Source of the DNA: Balanoglossus misakiensis
Taxonomy: Eukaryota > Animalia > Hemichordata
DNA length: 64,000 nucleotides
Assembly: GCA_040954595.2 (NCBI GenBank)
Contig: CM082582.2
Span: 11,337,483 to 11,401,482, forward strand
Direction: 5' to 3'
Of the stretch, positions 12,201 through 24,684 are shown one piece after another. The notes below the pieces were generated by a model that had not been told where the DNA came from, made no database searches, and worked only from the letters and a program-made list of their open reading frames with translations. Both the position numbers and the translations under genes were made by a program. How positions within the stretch are numbered: the stretch's first letter is position 1; each line of letters opens with the position of its first letter.

Positions 12201-15200
12201 TCGAGTGAAGTACCACCAGATTGGAAAGGTTGGTCATTGGTTGTTGTCCTATAGTTTTTTTCTTCACGACAAGGGAGATGGTTGTCTGAACTGAACATGT
12301 GCGGCTTTTTCTGTTTATACACACTCCACCCCGACCACTAAAACCCTTTTTATGATTATTTAAATTCGATCGCCAGGTTTCCTGACCTATAGTTCAAGTC
12401 CTGATTACAGCGACGTGAAGAGAGTCCTAAAACTGACAAAAGAAGAAATGTCCAAATATGGTCACCAGGGGGAAGATTTCATTCTGCAGTGCTCCTTCAA
12501 TGACGTCTACTGTAACTCAAGGTGAAGCGTTTCCTCTAAACAAAATTCAGCTTTCTGCTTAAACACGTAGATCAAAAAGTTCTTCAAGCAAGGATAGACT
12601 AGGCTGTCTGATTTTGGTTTCATTTTCCCAATATTGATAATAACAAGCTTGTCAATTATTGTATCTCCAAACTTCAGCGACTTCTGGGTCTTTCAGAGTG
12701 ATTACTATGGCAACTGCTTCACTTTTAACCATGGCAAAGAGGGGGCACCAATACGCCAATCCACAAGGTCCGGAGCGCAATACGGTAGGATCCTAGTTTT
12801 CATTGCAATTTAGAGGGGTGAATTCAGCAACACAAAAATTAATCGACTGTACTCGTAATCATTTTTCGTGAGACTTTATTAATTTCCCTACAAAATAATA
12901 AGCTGAATATAGTTTTGAATGGCACGCAAAGCTGTGTATAACTTTGCTAAACCATAGTACTATTTTTCTCTGTATAAAGGATTAAAATTGACGTTATTCA
13001 TCGAACAAGATGAATACATACCCTTATACGGCACTCAAGCAGGTGTGCGAGTTTTGATACATCCACCCGACATTACACCGTTCCCAGAAGACAACGGGGT
13101 GACGGTGCCTCCAGGAATTCAGACGTCAATCGGAGTCCGACGGGTAAGTCGCCGCACTTTTAAAATATCTTGTGAAATGTATTGATATACAAACATTTGG
13201 GACAATCACTCAGTTATTGGAAGCATTCTGTATGGGCCGACAGGTCAACTTCGGGACGGTGGCAAAGGGCGGATTTTCAAAATGATCTTTCATCTGCAAA
13301 ATTATACTTTCAGGACACTATAAAGGGTCGTGGATGGCCATACACCAACTGTACAGACCAGCAAGATATGGATTCCATATTTGGGGACGAGTACAGCTAT
13401 TCTGACTTGGTAAGATTGGACATAAACATACCAAAGCATGGTCGAGGCTTTGTCCTTTAATTTTTCAGAGTAATCGTGTCTAAAAATATATCGATAAATA
13501 TACCAGTCAGAATTGACTTTGCTGGTAGTGGGGCTGCACGAATTGTTTTCAATTTAGTATATGACGTATATTGTGACACGTTTGCTTCATCAAATGAGTA
13601 CACATGGCAATTCTATAAAAGTCTGTGGATTTTTAATGTCTCCGTGTATCGTTGTGTGTGCAGGTATTTATTTAGGAACATAGAGCATTTTATGATCTGT
13701 AAAATATGTGACATGCAGTAACATGTGTGTTAGCTTGAACAAAACATGAAAAGTCGAGAACTGGATATTATTGAAATAATGAAAATTTATTCAACGGCAG
13801 TTTTGTATTACTCTAAAACGATTTAACCTGAAAATGTCAAAGTGGTAATTATTTTTATAGGGTGGGTCAGTACACCTATGACGTAGAGTAAATAAAAGCT
13901 GGTATTCCGCTCAGAGTATGGCGTCAGTATATTGCCCAGTCATTAATTTTACACTGCTATATTGGTCTGTGGCGTACTCTAATTGTTCTACTTTCATCAC
14001 GACTTTCTTGTAGGCTTGTCACAAGAATCAGATTGAACGGTACATCGCCAGAGAATGTGGCTGTGTTGATACTGTGCACATGAACGGGTCCAGATGTATG
14101 ATCACTAGCCAAGCCCAGGGTAAATGACACAAATTTTAGTCGATTAAACATACGTTGTTACCAAATGCAAGAAAGGTCGACAGATCTTGAATCATTGGAA
14201 TTTCACTGTTATCCGGACTGGTCATCCGGGTCGTCAATGTAGCATGTGACTACCACATGTTAATTTTTTACAGAGGTTTGCCGTCAACTCATGGAGTTCT
14301 TCTATCAGCAAGGACTTCTGTCGCATGAATGCAGGGAACCGTGCAGGTAAAATACGACACTAAGTAAGAAACTACCTGGTCAGAAAGTGATGTTGTGAAT
14401 GTGACTTTGCAAGTGATTTTCTATAACGGATCCAAAACAGTGCAGTTATCTCGATCATGTGCCCGTATACGTGTAATTCTGGTGTTACGCGTTTAGATAA
14501 ATAGTCTTAAAGGGATAGAGTTGTTAGTACAACATGTGTGATGCTTGAATTGAGATTTTTCATACATTTTACGCCATTGTTTACAGTAAGATTCATTATG
14601 ACGAAACGATGTCGCATGCTCAGTGGCCATCGGACAAACATGTGGTAAGTGTCCCAAGTATTCTAATTTATTACAAGGCTTATTTCTGTGGATTAGTAAT
14701 CTTTTTGCTTGAAATTGTAATATTGTATGGTATTATTGGGGTTTGGTTTGGTTTGGTTTTCCAAGGACAACACGAAACATCCTCTGACGTTAGAATGTGT
14801 TCATTGACTTGTATCTCGACAGGGCGGACTGATCAATGTTTTGCGTCCAATTAATGACAAAATGAAAGCAACGGTGGTTGACGAAGAATCGGCAAGGTAA
14901 AAGGAAATACATGTATATTTTATCGTTTTCATTTTTATTTTTAAAACAGCATTGCTTCACGTCTCTCTGTACATATTTTAATATAATGGGTTTGTCTATA
15001 CCTTTCCCAGGGACAACTTAGTTCGCTTGGAAGTTTACTACCGAGAATTGAACTATCAGAAAATATCAGAAGTGCCAGCGTACACCGTAAGTTATGTCTA
15101 TATGGTTGTTGTCGTTGTTGTCGATCGATCAACAAAGTGGTCTAAAACTAAATTGTGGTTTATATTTATGGTTCTTGATTTTCAGGTGGAAGAGCTGTTC

Positions 15201-15326
15201 GGTGACCTTGGTGGACTGCTCGGTCTTTATATCGGTCTCTCTGTGATGACGGCAGCGGAGTTTCTGGAGCTTTTCCTCATTGCCATGCGATTCGCGTGTT
15301 CCAAAATCCGCAGGGCTATCTTTTAA
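7716..15326 (+). CDS. DEG/ENaC (amiloride-sensitive channel) family subunit with inserted LDLa x3, CUB x2, TSP1 x2
   Basis: 21 phase-compatible exons: 7716-8193 (STTIHG, TM1, FPAVTLCNTN), 8454-8579, 9062-9184, 9353-9502 (LDLa), 9723-9925, 10154-10354 (CUB), 10549-10768 (TSP1 CSATCGGG), 10948-11135, 11357-11560 (CUB), 11740-11884 (TSP1 CSVDCGVG), 12073-12228, 12377-12521 (GHQGEDFILQCSF), 12678-12784 (YGNCFTFN), 12980-13143 (GVRVLIHP), 13314-13409, 14014-14119, 14274-14346, 14587-14644, 14823-14896, 15011-15086 and 15186-15326 (GDLGGLLGLYIGLS, TM2). Start codon could be 7716 or a later ATG. Confidence 0.93.
9249..9322. repeat. (CTGT)n microsatellite
   Basis: Tetranucleotide run in an intron. 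Confidence 0.9.
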
Positions 15327-15697
15327 GTGCTGTTTGTGTTTTTCGTTGAATCACGTGACATCAAAGAAGTATTTGAAACAGGCAACGGCAGTGCCCGCAC
15401 CTTTGACTGGGTCTGGGCCATGTTTTTAGTGCTAATGGCGATCTGAAAGGTTTTGACATCCTTTTGTAGAAATAAAGAGGGACAACAATAACGGTTTTCT
15501 TTACATTTATCTCCATCCGACGAAAATTCTATAACTGATTGTGTTTCCTGCATATTGAGTAGAAACAATTTGTGTTCTAATAACCTATTTAGTGTGCCAC
15601 TAACGATGTCACGGACAATTAATAAGCCTCCATAAAAAGTCATACGTGTCCGTCATAAATTATACCGTGATACTGAAAGGGTTCATGGCTTATAATT

Positions 15698-15701
<4 letters not shown>

Positions 15702-15738
<37 letters not shown>
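15702..15738. repeat. (TA)n microsatellite
   Basis: Dinucleotide run. Confidence 0.95.
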
Positions 15739-15742
<4 letters not shown>

Positions 15743-16129
15743 CGAGTAAGTCAATGTCACTAATAATGATGTTGTAGACGCGGGGATTTAGCGTTTTAGC
15801 CGTGAAATTCGAGAATAAAGAGATAAGACTTCATTTCTACAATGTCTTTTTATATGTACAATTTCCTTGAACATAGTTATATACATATATGTAACTTTAT
15901 TCTAAATAAATGTTTTAGTGGCCACTCAGCTCTAGAATATTGAATAAACAATACTCGGTCTGTTGGTCGATTATAAGTTGATTGGCTTTGTGGATGAGTG
16001 ACAATCAGATTCGACGAATGGGTGACGCCTTTGATAAACATACATTGTAAAACCTGACACGTGTGAATTTCGACCACAGTATCATACAATCAAAATGTAC
16101 GAGTGAAGGGCAATCGTTCAGATATTGAA

Positions 16130-16870
16130 CGACCAATTCTATATGCGAACGATTGGACTACACGAGTACCTTAGCCGGCTTACAACACGTAGCATTATGG
16201 CTACATCTGTGATCTTAATATGCTAATCAGCGTCTCTATCACATCAACCAATCACAAAGCTTCATAATATACACCTGGATAGTTGGTACCACGTTTCCAT
16301 CATTCGTGACTCAGTCCTTGACGTGCAAACATCATCGTTGAAAATAGTGTCGACAACAACCCATTCATTGCCAAGAGCAATTTCCGCCACGCGTAAGTCG
16401 TTACTGTGACGATATGGACTGGATTTTCCAAGATTTTGGTAGCCTCATTGGAGATAATTTGCAGAAACCACGGGTCATGGAAAGTGACTTGACGAAGGGT
16501 GCCCTTTCTCCTGGCTTGCAGCTCCCATTGCGTACATCCTCTACTGTAAGTAACAGCTTTCATTTTTTTCCGCGAAACATGTAAATTTATTCTATCGAAA
16601 TTCTGATAGTACGTCAGCAAGGTGCTCAGGGAAATTCTGGTACATCGTAAAACAACGAAGCTTTCAGGTGAAACCGTGTGTAAGGTGAAAACCCCGACCA
16701 ATGGTTGAGCCAAGCGTAGAGAAGGCAGACAAAGATGGCCGAACCACATGTCTGTGCACCTCGAAGTACTAGCAGTTCGTCCTATTTGTCATATTGTGTG
16801 ATGCAATAGCACAGATATTGTCCCAAGAGAACACAGAGTCTGGCCACGTGTAGTGTTGTAGTTAATCTCT
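16130..16870 (-). pseudogene. Decayed coding-like segment, longer paralog of 1640-2050
   Basis: Similarity to 1640-2050 on both sides of an extra segment of about 365 bp bounded by TAGC. A 149-aa minus ORF (16300-16749) runs through that segment. Confidence 0.5.
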
Positions 16871-17193
16871 GAGTGGCCCAGTCTTTTCATTGTTGGTCAA
16901 AGTCAATTAATTTTATGTCTGTCTCCACACATGTATCTCTTCACACAGATAAAAAAAAAACAGTACCCGCACATTTCGTATAATTTCCTTATACATGTAT
17001 TTGAAAAATAACACTGACTGAAAGTCTCTCAAAATGCATAATCATAAAGAAATCAATTCTGTAACCAAAACTTATGAGTATTGCAGCAATATAAACAGAT
17101 TATTATTGATTTTTGCACAGTATACAGTTCACTTTTGGACAACACTGCGACCGCCATGTGAGCTCAATGTGAAATTTTGTGGTCTATTCTGTC

Positions 17194-20100
17194 TTATTTC
17201 CCTGGTTTACTTCTTTCCCTGGGAAGAACAACTTTCTTCCGGGTTTTTCTCCGAGATCTCTCCATGACTGCTTTGGACTTCTTCTTGCGATGAGTGCGTT
17301 CACGAACAGGTTGAGTGTCCTTGTGTCCCTGAAGGATTACCTTCTTTTTGGTGTTCAAGAAGGTCTGTATGTGCTGTGGCATCGCCTCTGCTTGCATGGT
17401 CTTGAAGTCGCACCCTTTGCATCTGTACTGAATGATTCCGTAGCAGATACTGTGTTGGCTGTTGTCTCTGGTCACCATCTCTTCAGAGAAGAACTCCAGG
17501 CACTTTTTCAAGTCCACCCTGATGACAGAGTCGCCGTCACCGCTGGCCTTAATCTCGCCTACTAGAGGGGCTATGCTTTGGAGGAATTCAGATGAGTGCT
17601 CAGGGTTCGTCTCCACCTCGACTTCTGTCTGTCTGTTGGTGACACTACTTTTCACACAATCGGCGTTGGTCAGTTTTTTGTCGGCATTGGTCAGCATCAG
17701 CTTCTTGTCAGTTTCGAGGTGACACTGCAAGTGCTCTGGCAAATCCGAAGCTGCCTCCACTAAATCACCGCAGTCTTTGCACTTGTAACGAACTTTCCCG
17801 TACGGTATCTTGCGTCCGCCCTTTTCAACAATCTTCACGTCTTCGGTGAAGAACTCCATGCAATCAGACAGGGTCAGTGCATAGTGATCAAGTTTGTGGT
17901 CACTGACTTTTATTTGAAGCAGTGACTTTGCCTTCAGAAAGTCTTGTCGGACCAGAAGATGTGACACGTTCTTTGACTCTGTTTCCTCTTTTGGTGTCTC
18001 ACACTTTCTCTTCGATGCTTTCCTTATACGCTTGGGAGATGGCTCTGCCTTGCAGTCATCAACAACTTCTTTTTCGGCTGCTCTACGCTTGCGTGGACTT
18101 TTACGAATCTTCACATTTTCTTCCTTCCTCCTTGACTTTTTCTCAGTCTTGCACTTCTGCAATTTCACTTGTCTGAACATGACATCTGTCTTGAGTTTCA
18201 CTTGTCTGACTCTGAAATCTTTCACGTTGACAGCTTTTGGCTTCCTGTCGGCTTTTGAGGATTCTTTGCAATTCCTTGGGGTACGTTTTGATGTCATGGC
18301 CATGCGCTTTGCTGTGATCTTGATGTTGCAGAGGTGATACTCCAGATGCGCGGGTAGTAACTCAGCTCTGAAAGTCTGAAAGTCACACTTCTTACAGGTG
18401 TACTGGGGCTTCCCATAAGACACACTCGTGGCTGAGATGTGCACAATCTCCTCATGGAAATGGCCAATGATCTCCTGCAGGGGCATGCAAACTGTGGTGT
18501 CCTCTTTGTCACCTTCTTCAGTTTTAACCTCACAATCCTCTTCTACAATCGTCGGGTTCTTCAAACCGTCCGTCTCATCACAATGCTGGTCACGGTCTGT
18601 ACACTGATTATCATCAGTGTCTCTACCCTTGATGAAATCATGCTCACCGTCATTGGTTTCCTTTGATGCGTCACAGTCCTGATTAGGGTCTCTTGATTGG
18701 CCTGGATGTCTGGATGGACATGTTGCATCTAGGCTGCCTTCGGTGTGAGTGATTCCTGGATCACCCCTTGCCTCGGAGTCTCCTTCAACGAGGATGAGCT
18801 TCCTCTTCCCACCACGATGCGAGGCACAGTGGTTCACCAGGGCCGTACACTCTTTGACAGACCCCTGATAGCCGCAAAATTCTCTGCATTCAAAGAGAGG
18901 CAGCCAATAACTGGACTGCAACTGGTCCTCTTGGAAAATCAGAGCCTCTCCGCACCACACCACGTTTGTCTTGAACTCGCTCAGAGTCATGCTTTGGCAG
19001 GTGTAGCCAGCTGCACTTCTTTCAGGAACCATTACATCACGATCAGATTCACAAGTATCAACAACTTGACACTGTAAACTCACATTTGTCCGTCGGTGAC
19101 CACCGATGTGATCTGCAGCCTGGTGGATGAACGCCCCACCCGCAGGAGAGAAATATCCACAGCTTTGATCCTTGCATATCCAAAGTTTCCTTCCATTCAC
19201 CTCCATTGATACAAATTCTTGTAACACCTCTTCTTTTGTCAGTTTTGTGGCTGTGTTCCCTTCTGAACTCTCCATGTCTTCCTCCTCAGACAGCAAAATT
19301 CTCCTGCTGATGTGATTTTCTAAGTGGTTCTTTAACTCGTTGATTTCACTGCCCATAAATGTACAATGCTGAAACAGACAAGCACTCTCAACTGCCACTG
19401 TGCTCTGATTCAACACACAGAGAAAGTGATCCCGAATTTCTGCCTCAGTCATCGTAACATCTTCCTTGATAAGTTCTTTACTTGAGGCTTTTTTCGTCTT
19501 CGATTTTCGACTGTTTGGCGCTGTCATCTGTTTCTTCTCCAACGTGTTCTTCCTTCCTGCAGTTTTTTCAAAATGTGTTCGATGGCAGTTTTGAAGATGT
19601 TGCACAAGTTCCGCTGTAGCCATCCTCGGACAACCACACAGCCGACATCTGAAGATGACATCACCACCACTGCCAGATTCTTCACAGAAAGTATGAACAT
19701 CTCCCTCTATGGTGAATTGATCACTGGGACCATACTGGCATGTGAGTGGTCCGTTTAACTTCAAATGTTTACCGGCGTGGTCTGCAAGTTCATTACCGTC
19801 GCAGGATAAAAAATTACACTGAGCCGATTTGCACCTGTACACTGGTGGATCTGCCAAGTACCACTTGTATGCCACCTTCTCGAAGAAAACGCTGAGGTCA
19901 AATTGGAGCTTCACTCTATCGGTCATTTCAGAAGTTGACCTATGACCTGTGATCTGTGGCCTATCTGATGCTGCTGTGCTGACCGCAATGTTTTCACTGG
20001 TTTTGTGATGGTCTGAGGGGTGCTCATTTCTGTCACATCCCAGCCCTTCTTTTGTGTGAGGACAGCTACCAGCGATGTCATCAGAGTGGTTATCATGTGT

Positions 20101-23100
20101 ATTTTCTTCACCTGTAAGTTCTTGCTTTTGGCTCTGTTTAACAGGACTGACTTCGGCAACTTTTGGCCCTTGTTTGATCTGAGCACCTTTGTCATCAAGG
20201 TTGTGTATTTCACTGCCAGCCAGACTTTCATTGCAGGGTGGAACAATGTCATTGCTGGATGCTGTGTGTTTTACCACTCCTTGGGGGATTCCATCAGTGT
20301 GCACATCGCTGCCACAATTAGAGTTCGCTTGCAGGATGGCAGCCGGCAGCGCAGTGTCTGCTGTGACTGCAGCACACGATGGTGACTGTGCAGGAAGTGA
20401 TGGCACAGGTTGAGATACAGGTGTAGAATCTACTGGCAACGGTTGATCACTCGTGCTGGGGAATACGGAATCAACGAGCTGGTTTAACATAAGATTAAAT
20501 GGAACATCTTCAGCATCTATGTCTGAATCAGGAGTTGTTGTCACCACTGGAATGTTTGGACTGGTCTGTCTTTCTTCACTTGAAGCCGTAGCATGCGGGT
20601 TAACTACGGACACCTCTTGTGTCTTTTCCACTGGTTCCTTTGGTATGCAGATGCGTGGCACTTTCACTGTCTTGTAGCAATTCAGGGGCGCGCTGGCAAA
20701 ACTGGCGTGAGATCGCTGGATGTGGTTGATGCAGTCGTCCATGCTCCGGAACATCAGCACGCACAGCTTACACCCGTGGAGAATGGAGAAACTGTCATCC
20801 TCACTGCTCTGGTCAACTGAGGGTCCGATGTTCTCCAAGAAATTCTGGGAACACGGAATGACTCCGGCATGCAGCTCAAGATAGTGGGTCTCCAGCGCTG
20901 ATCGGGTCCCGGTAGCGAATTGGCAGAGCTTACATTTGAAAACGCTCGCCTTTTGGTGGTTTTTCTTAACGTGGTAGGTGATAGACATCAGTTTCTCCGT
21001 TTTGTATGGGCAGCGAAAGCAAGTGTATTCAGTGAGGTTGCTCTTCGTCTTCACTGTCATAAAGCCAACGCCCTTCGCTGTGGAAACGACTTCATCTTTT
21101 GCAGGGACGCTGCTGTGGCAGTGTTGAACATGTCTCAGGAAATCAGCATTCTTTTCAGCGGTAAACGGGCAAGACCAACACTTGAATGGAGCATTGACTT
21201 CTTGTCTTGCGCGGTGCATTTTGTTGCAGTGGTACGAGATGCCCATCACGCTGTTGCTTTCGTACGAACAGAGTCTGCACTTGTAGCATATCTCCCCGTT
21301 GGGGCGAAATATCTTGATGGCGTCTTTGCACGAGGATAGTTTCATCGGTTTCTTTCGGTGTTGGATCTGGCTGGCCTCCGGATGCTTTAATGCAACGTGG
21401 GCGGCGACTAATTTGTGACGACTCGTCTGAAACGGGCAGTGGCAGCATCTGTAGTAATGGAAGCCTGACGACCGGTTCACGAGCACGGCGACAAACTCGT
21501 GTTTGTGATGCTGCAACCTGAGGTGTTGAAGAGCCACTTCGAAGGGGGAGTACAGCAACACATGGGGCACCTGAAACGACACTCTTGCACACCAGGCGCA
21601 CTGGTAGCCATCAATACCGTTGATCGTCTTCACAAAAATGATGTCAGGGTCGCAGTCCAGCTCATTGTTGGGAACTGGCGCCCGTGGTGGGGTCGAGTTG
21701 GGATACAGAAGTTGCGCCACGGTGGGGCGGCCTCTGGTGTGCGGCGGATAGCTGGCTGGTGGGTGTTGGGTTGACGGTGCAGTCAGTGCACACTTTGTGA
21801 GTTTTGTCTTATTCTGAATGTTCCGACTCTTTTCTGGGACAGAACTTGTGTTTGGTACCTCACCCGTATCCATGTTTGCACTCTCTTGTAACTGTTCCAC
21901 GACTGATGGTTTCTCGTCCGTTTTCTTATCATCCCCACCCCCCTTGTCCTTTCCTCCAGGTTCATCATCATTCTTGCCTGATTCTTCTGTACATCTCTCC
22001 TCTTCAGCAAGATCTGAGACTGGGTTTTCTTCCACAAAGAGCTTCACCACATCCAGGCCTACATCGAACAGCATCCCGTCGGTGACCTCTGACCTCTTCT
22101 CAAGAACTTCATCGCAAGTATCTTTGCAGTCTGGCTCTGAATTAATAAAATAAAACAAGTATGTAAAATGTACATCAAAGTGCTTACCAACACAACCTAT
22201 ATGTGCTCAGTCAGCTTTGTATTTCTAAAAATTGAATTTTATTAGCTTGGACTATATCTTACCATCGTCTTTGTGATCTGATGTGCTATCTTCATCTTTG
22301 TCACCCTCGTCGACTCTTTCAGTTGAATCTTGAGTTTGACCTTCCACCACTTTTGGTTTCCCAGTGGGTTTTGTCTATCAAGAAAATTAAATGAAAGAAT
22401 TCCTGAGTGAGTCGGCATGAAAATGTAATTTTTTATCATTAGATTTAGTTTGAATGTCAGACTGTGTTTTAATGTTAATGAACAGAACCCACCTTCAGAC
22501 TTTTCTGAGGACTGTCACTTTTAACACGGCTCGCTGCTTTTGCCAGTAAACTCTGTGCATACAGAGACCATGGCGCTTGCGTCACACCTCTGTGTATCTC
22601 ATCTAGACTCTGCATATGCAGTGTCCTCATAGAGAAATTAATGGCCTGGCCTGGGATGGGCTGGCGGTAGAACGAACTGACCCGTGGAACGTATTGCAGA
22701 TACTTGTTGTAAAGAGACACTGCGTCGTGTCTGTCTGTTTGCTTCTGAAAGATTTTCACGGGTCTGGCTGGCTTTTTCTGGTTCTTCATATGCCAGCACT
22801 TGTTGTCCGGATGCTTGATGAAAGCCATGCCCATCTCGCTCCCGGTTCTGAAGCTGCAGACGCACAGGTTGCGATGGTCGTGTACAGTCTGGTGGCCAAA
22901 TAGCTTCCAGTTGTAGTACACCACTCCATTCAGCAAACCCACCGACGTATCTGTGCATATGATACCCAGGTCCCACAGCAAGTCCTCGTATTCTGGAGAC
23001 TTGGGGTCATGACCTTTGAACTTGTCTTTGACCTCATCTTGCGACAGTTCAGTGACATTCTCGATAGCGTTACAGACTTCAGCTTTCTTTGACAATTTCT

Positions 23101-23569
23101 TCTTTATTGTCACTTTTTTCTTTTGGGTTTGTACAAAATCAGACTTTGATCCCCCTTTACTGTACCATATCTGTTTTGCAACTGACTGATCCGTATTCCT
23201 CTTATTTGACTTCCACTTTGAAATCATAACAGTTGACTTTTCAGGGCACTTTGATTCCCCAATTTTGAACTTCTGTCTTGAACCTCTTTCCACAAATGTC
23301 TTTTTTGCACCGCATTCTGACTTGTCATGGCTAGGATGATCTCCATCTGGAGGAATCAAACACTTTCTCTTTTTGTGCTGTCTCACATCTCCATCTCTTG
23401 AACCGCATTCAGACTTCCCTTTTCTCTTTTGACCACTAGAGCTCTTGTCTTCAACGCCACTTCCCTCCATACTGTATCTACCAGCACTCCTGAGAGAACT
23501 ACGCCTTTTTCTCGATACATCAGTTTTTGAGCAACAGGAACTACTGCAGTGAGCTTCACAGCAATCCAT
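17194..23569 (-). CDS. Large nuclear protein: N-terminal DUF3504 (ZMYM/QRICH1/KCTD1-type, Crypton-derived)-like domain plus many C2H2/BED-like zinc fingers
   Basis: Coding exons 23584-22493 (ATG at 23569), 22374-22263 and 22136-17194 join in frame. Probable 5'-UTR exon ends at 24352 (GTAAGT donor). EDLLWDLGII..LLNGVVYYNWKLFG..DHRNL..VSLYNKYLQYVP..FY resembles DUF3504. More than 15 CxxC..H..H motifs and a basic NLS-like C-terminus. Confidence 0.85.
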
Positions 23570-24352
23570 ACTGGCAGCCACTTCCTATAATTTTAAAAAG
23601 TTAATATAATTAAAAATCAAAGAGACAGTTATCATTTGACATTTCTACTGTAAGTTTCATGTATAATGTTTGCTAACTGAAACTGAAATATGCCTTTTGA
23701 GGGTTATGAAAAAATTCTACATGTAGAAATTTGGCATACTGGAGTACTGACACTACACTTATTTATTACTACTGAATTTTAGTGATAACAATTGTCCAGT
23801 CCACAGTCCAAATACTCTCATAATTGACAGCAGGTAATAGCCAAACACTGAACAAAATTTTTAACATTTATGCAAATTATCAGTAAGAAAAAAATCCAGC
23901 AACAAGTGTTAGTGCAGGTTGCTTAAATCAATTAATGGCAGTCATGCCACTTAATTTACATTAAGCATCATTCCCAGAGTTCCTTGCGATTGAATATGGC
24001 TGAAATCGCAATGCATTGTTGGATACATTTGGGCTTGTATTGTTAAAAACCGTTCTGTCAACAGTACCACCTTTAAAGCGCTCAATAATAATCATATAAA
24101 TGCATTGGTTTAGCCAAACGGATTACTTTTTCAGTCAAGTTTAAACTATTTTATGACTGTCGAACTTGTATGCTAACAAACTCCTTCCAGATCGACTGTG
24201 GACGATCTATCCCAACAACCCTTGTACATTTTAAGCGTTAAGTAGTACGCACCTTTTAGAATAAAAATTAGCTTAAATTGTCCACGGACAGACATTTACC
24301 CTATTCCTACAGAGTTTACATAATGTCTCATCTATACTATTACTAACTTACC

Positions 24353-24684
24353 CGCTTCTGTTTGGACAAAGTTGTCCGAAAGCGACGCTCTCTTCGGCGC
24401 TCCGATGGACCAGGAACAGTCTTTGCCTTCGGTTTCCCATCGAAAGATTTTCCATTTACAACACAGGTGGCGCAATATTGAACCCATTTTGTGTGTTTTC
24501 GCACACAACCAAAATAAAATTCCACGCCTGAAAAACTGCAATCACAGACAATTTCAAACTAAGTTATAATGGTAAAATAGGTTTAATCCTCAAACGAATA
24601 GTTTTGAAACATGTTCATGATTTAGGGGTTATGTAAGTTCAAGGTGACCTCCTTTCTCTCGCAAGTCTCGCAAACTCTCACCCG
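24353..24684. promoter_or_regulatory. Probable bidirectional promoter between the zinc-finger gene and FBXO31
   Basis: Divergent first exons about 300 bp apart, locally CpG-rich, with TCTCGCAA elements (TCTCGCGAGA-like) at about 24657-24672. Confidence 0.55.

Noticed and set aside
17179-22153. Numerous plus-strand ORFs over the zinc-finger exon
   Set aside because: Antisense shadows of the 1654-aa minus-strand ORF.
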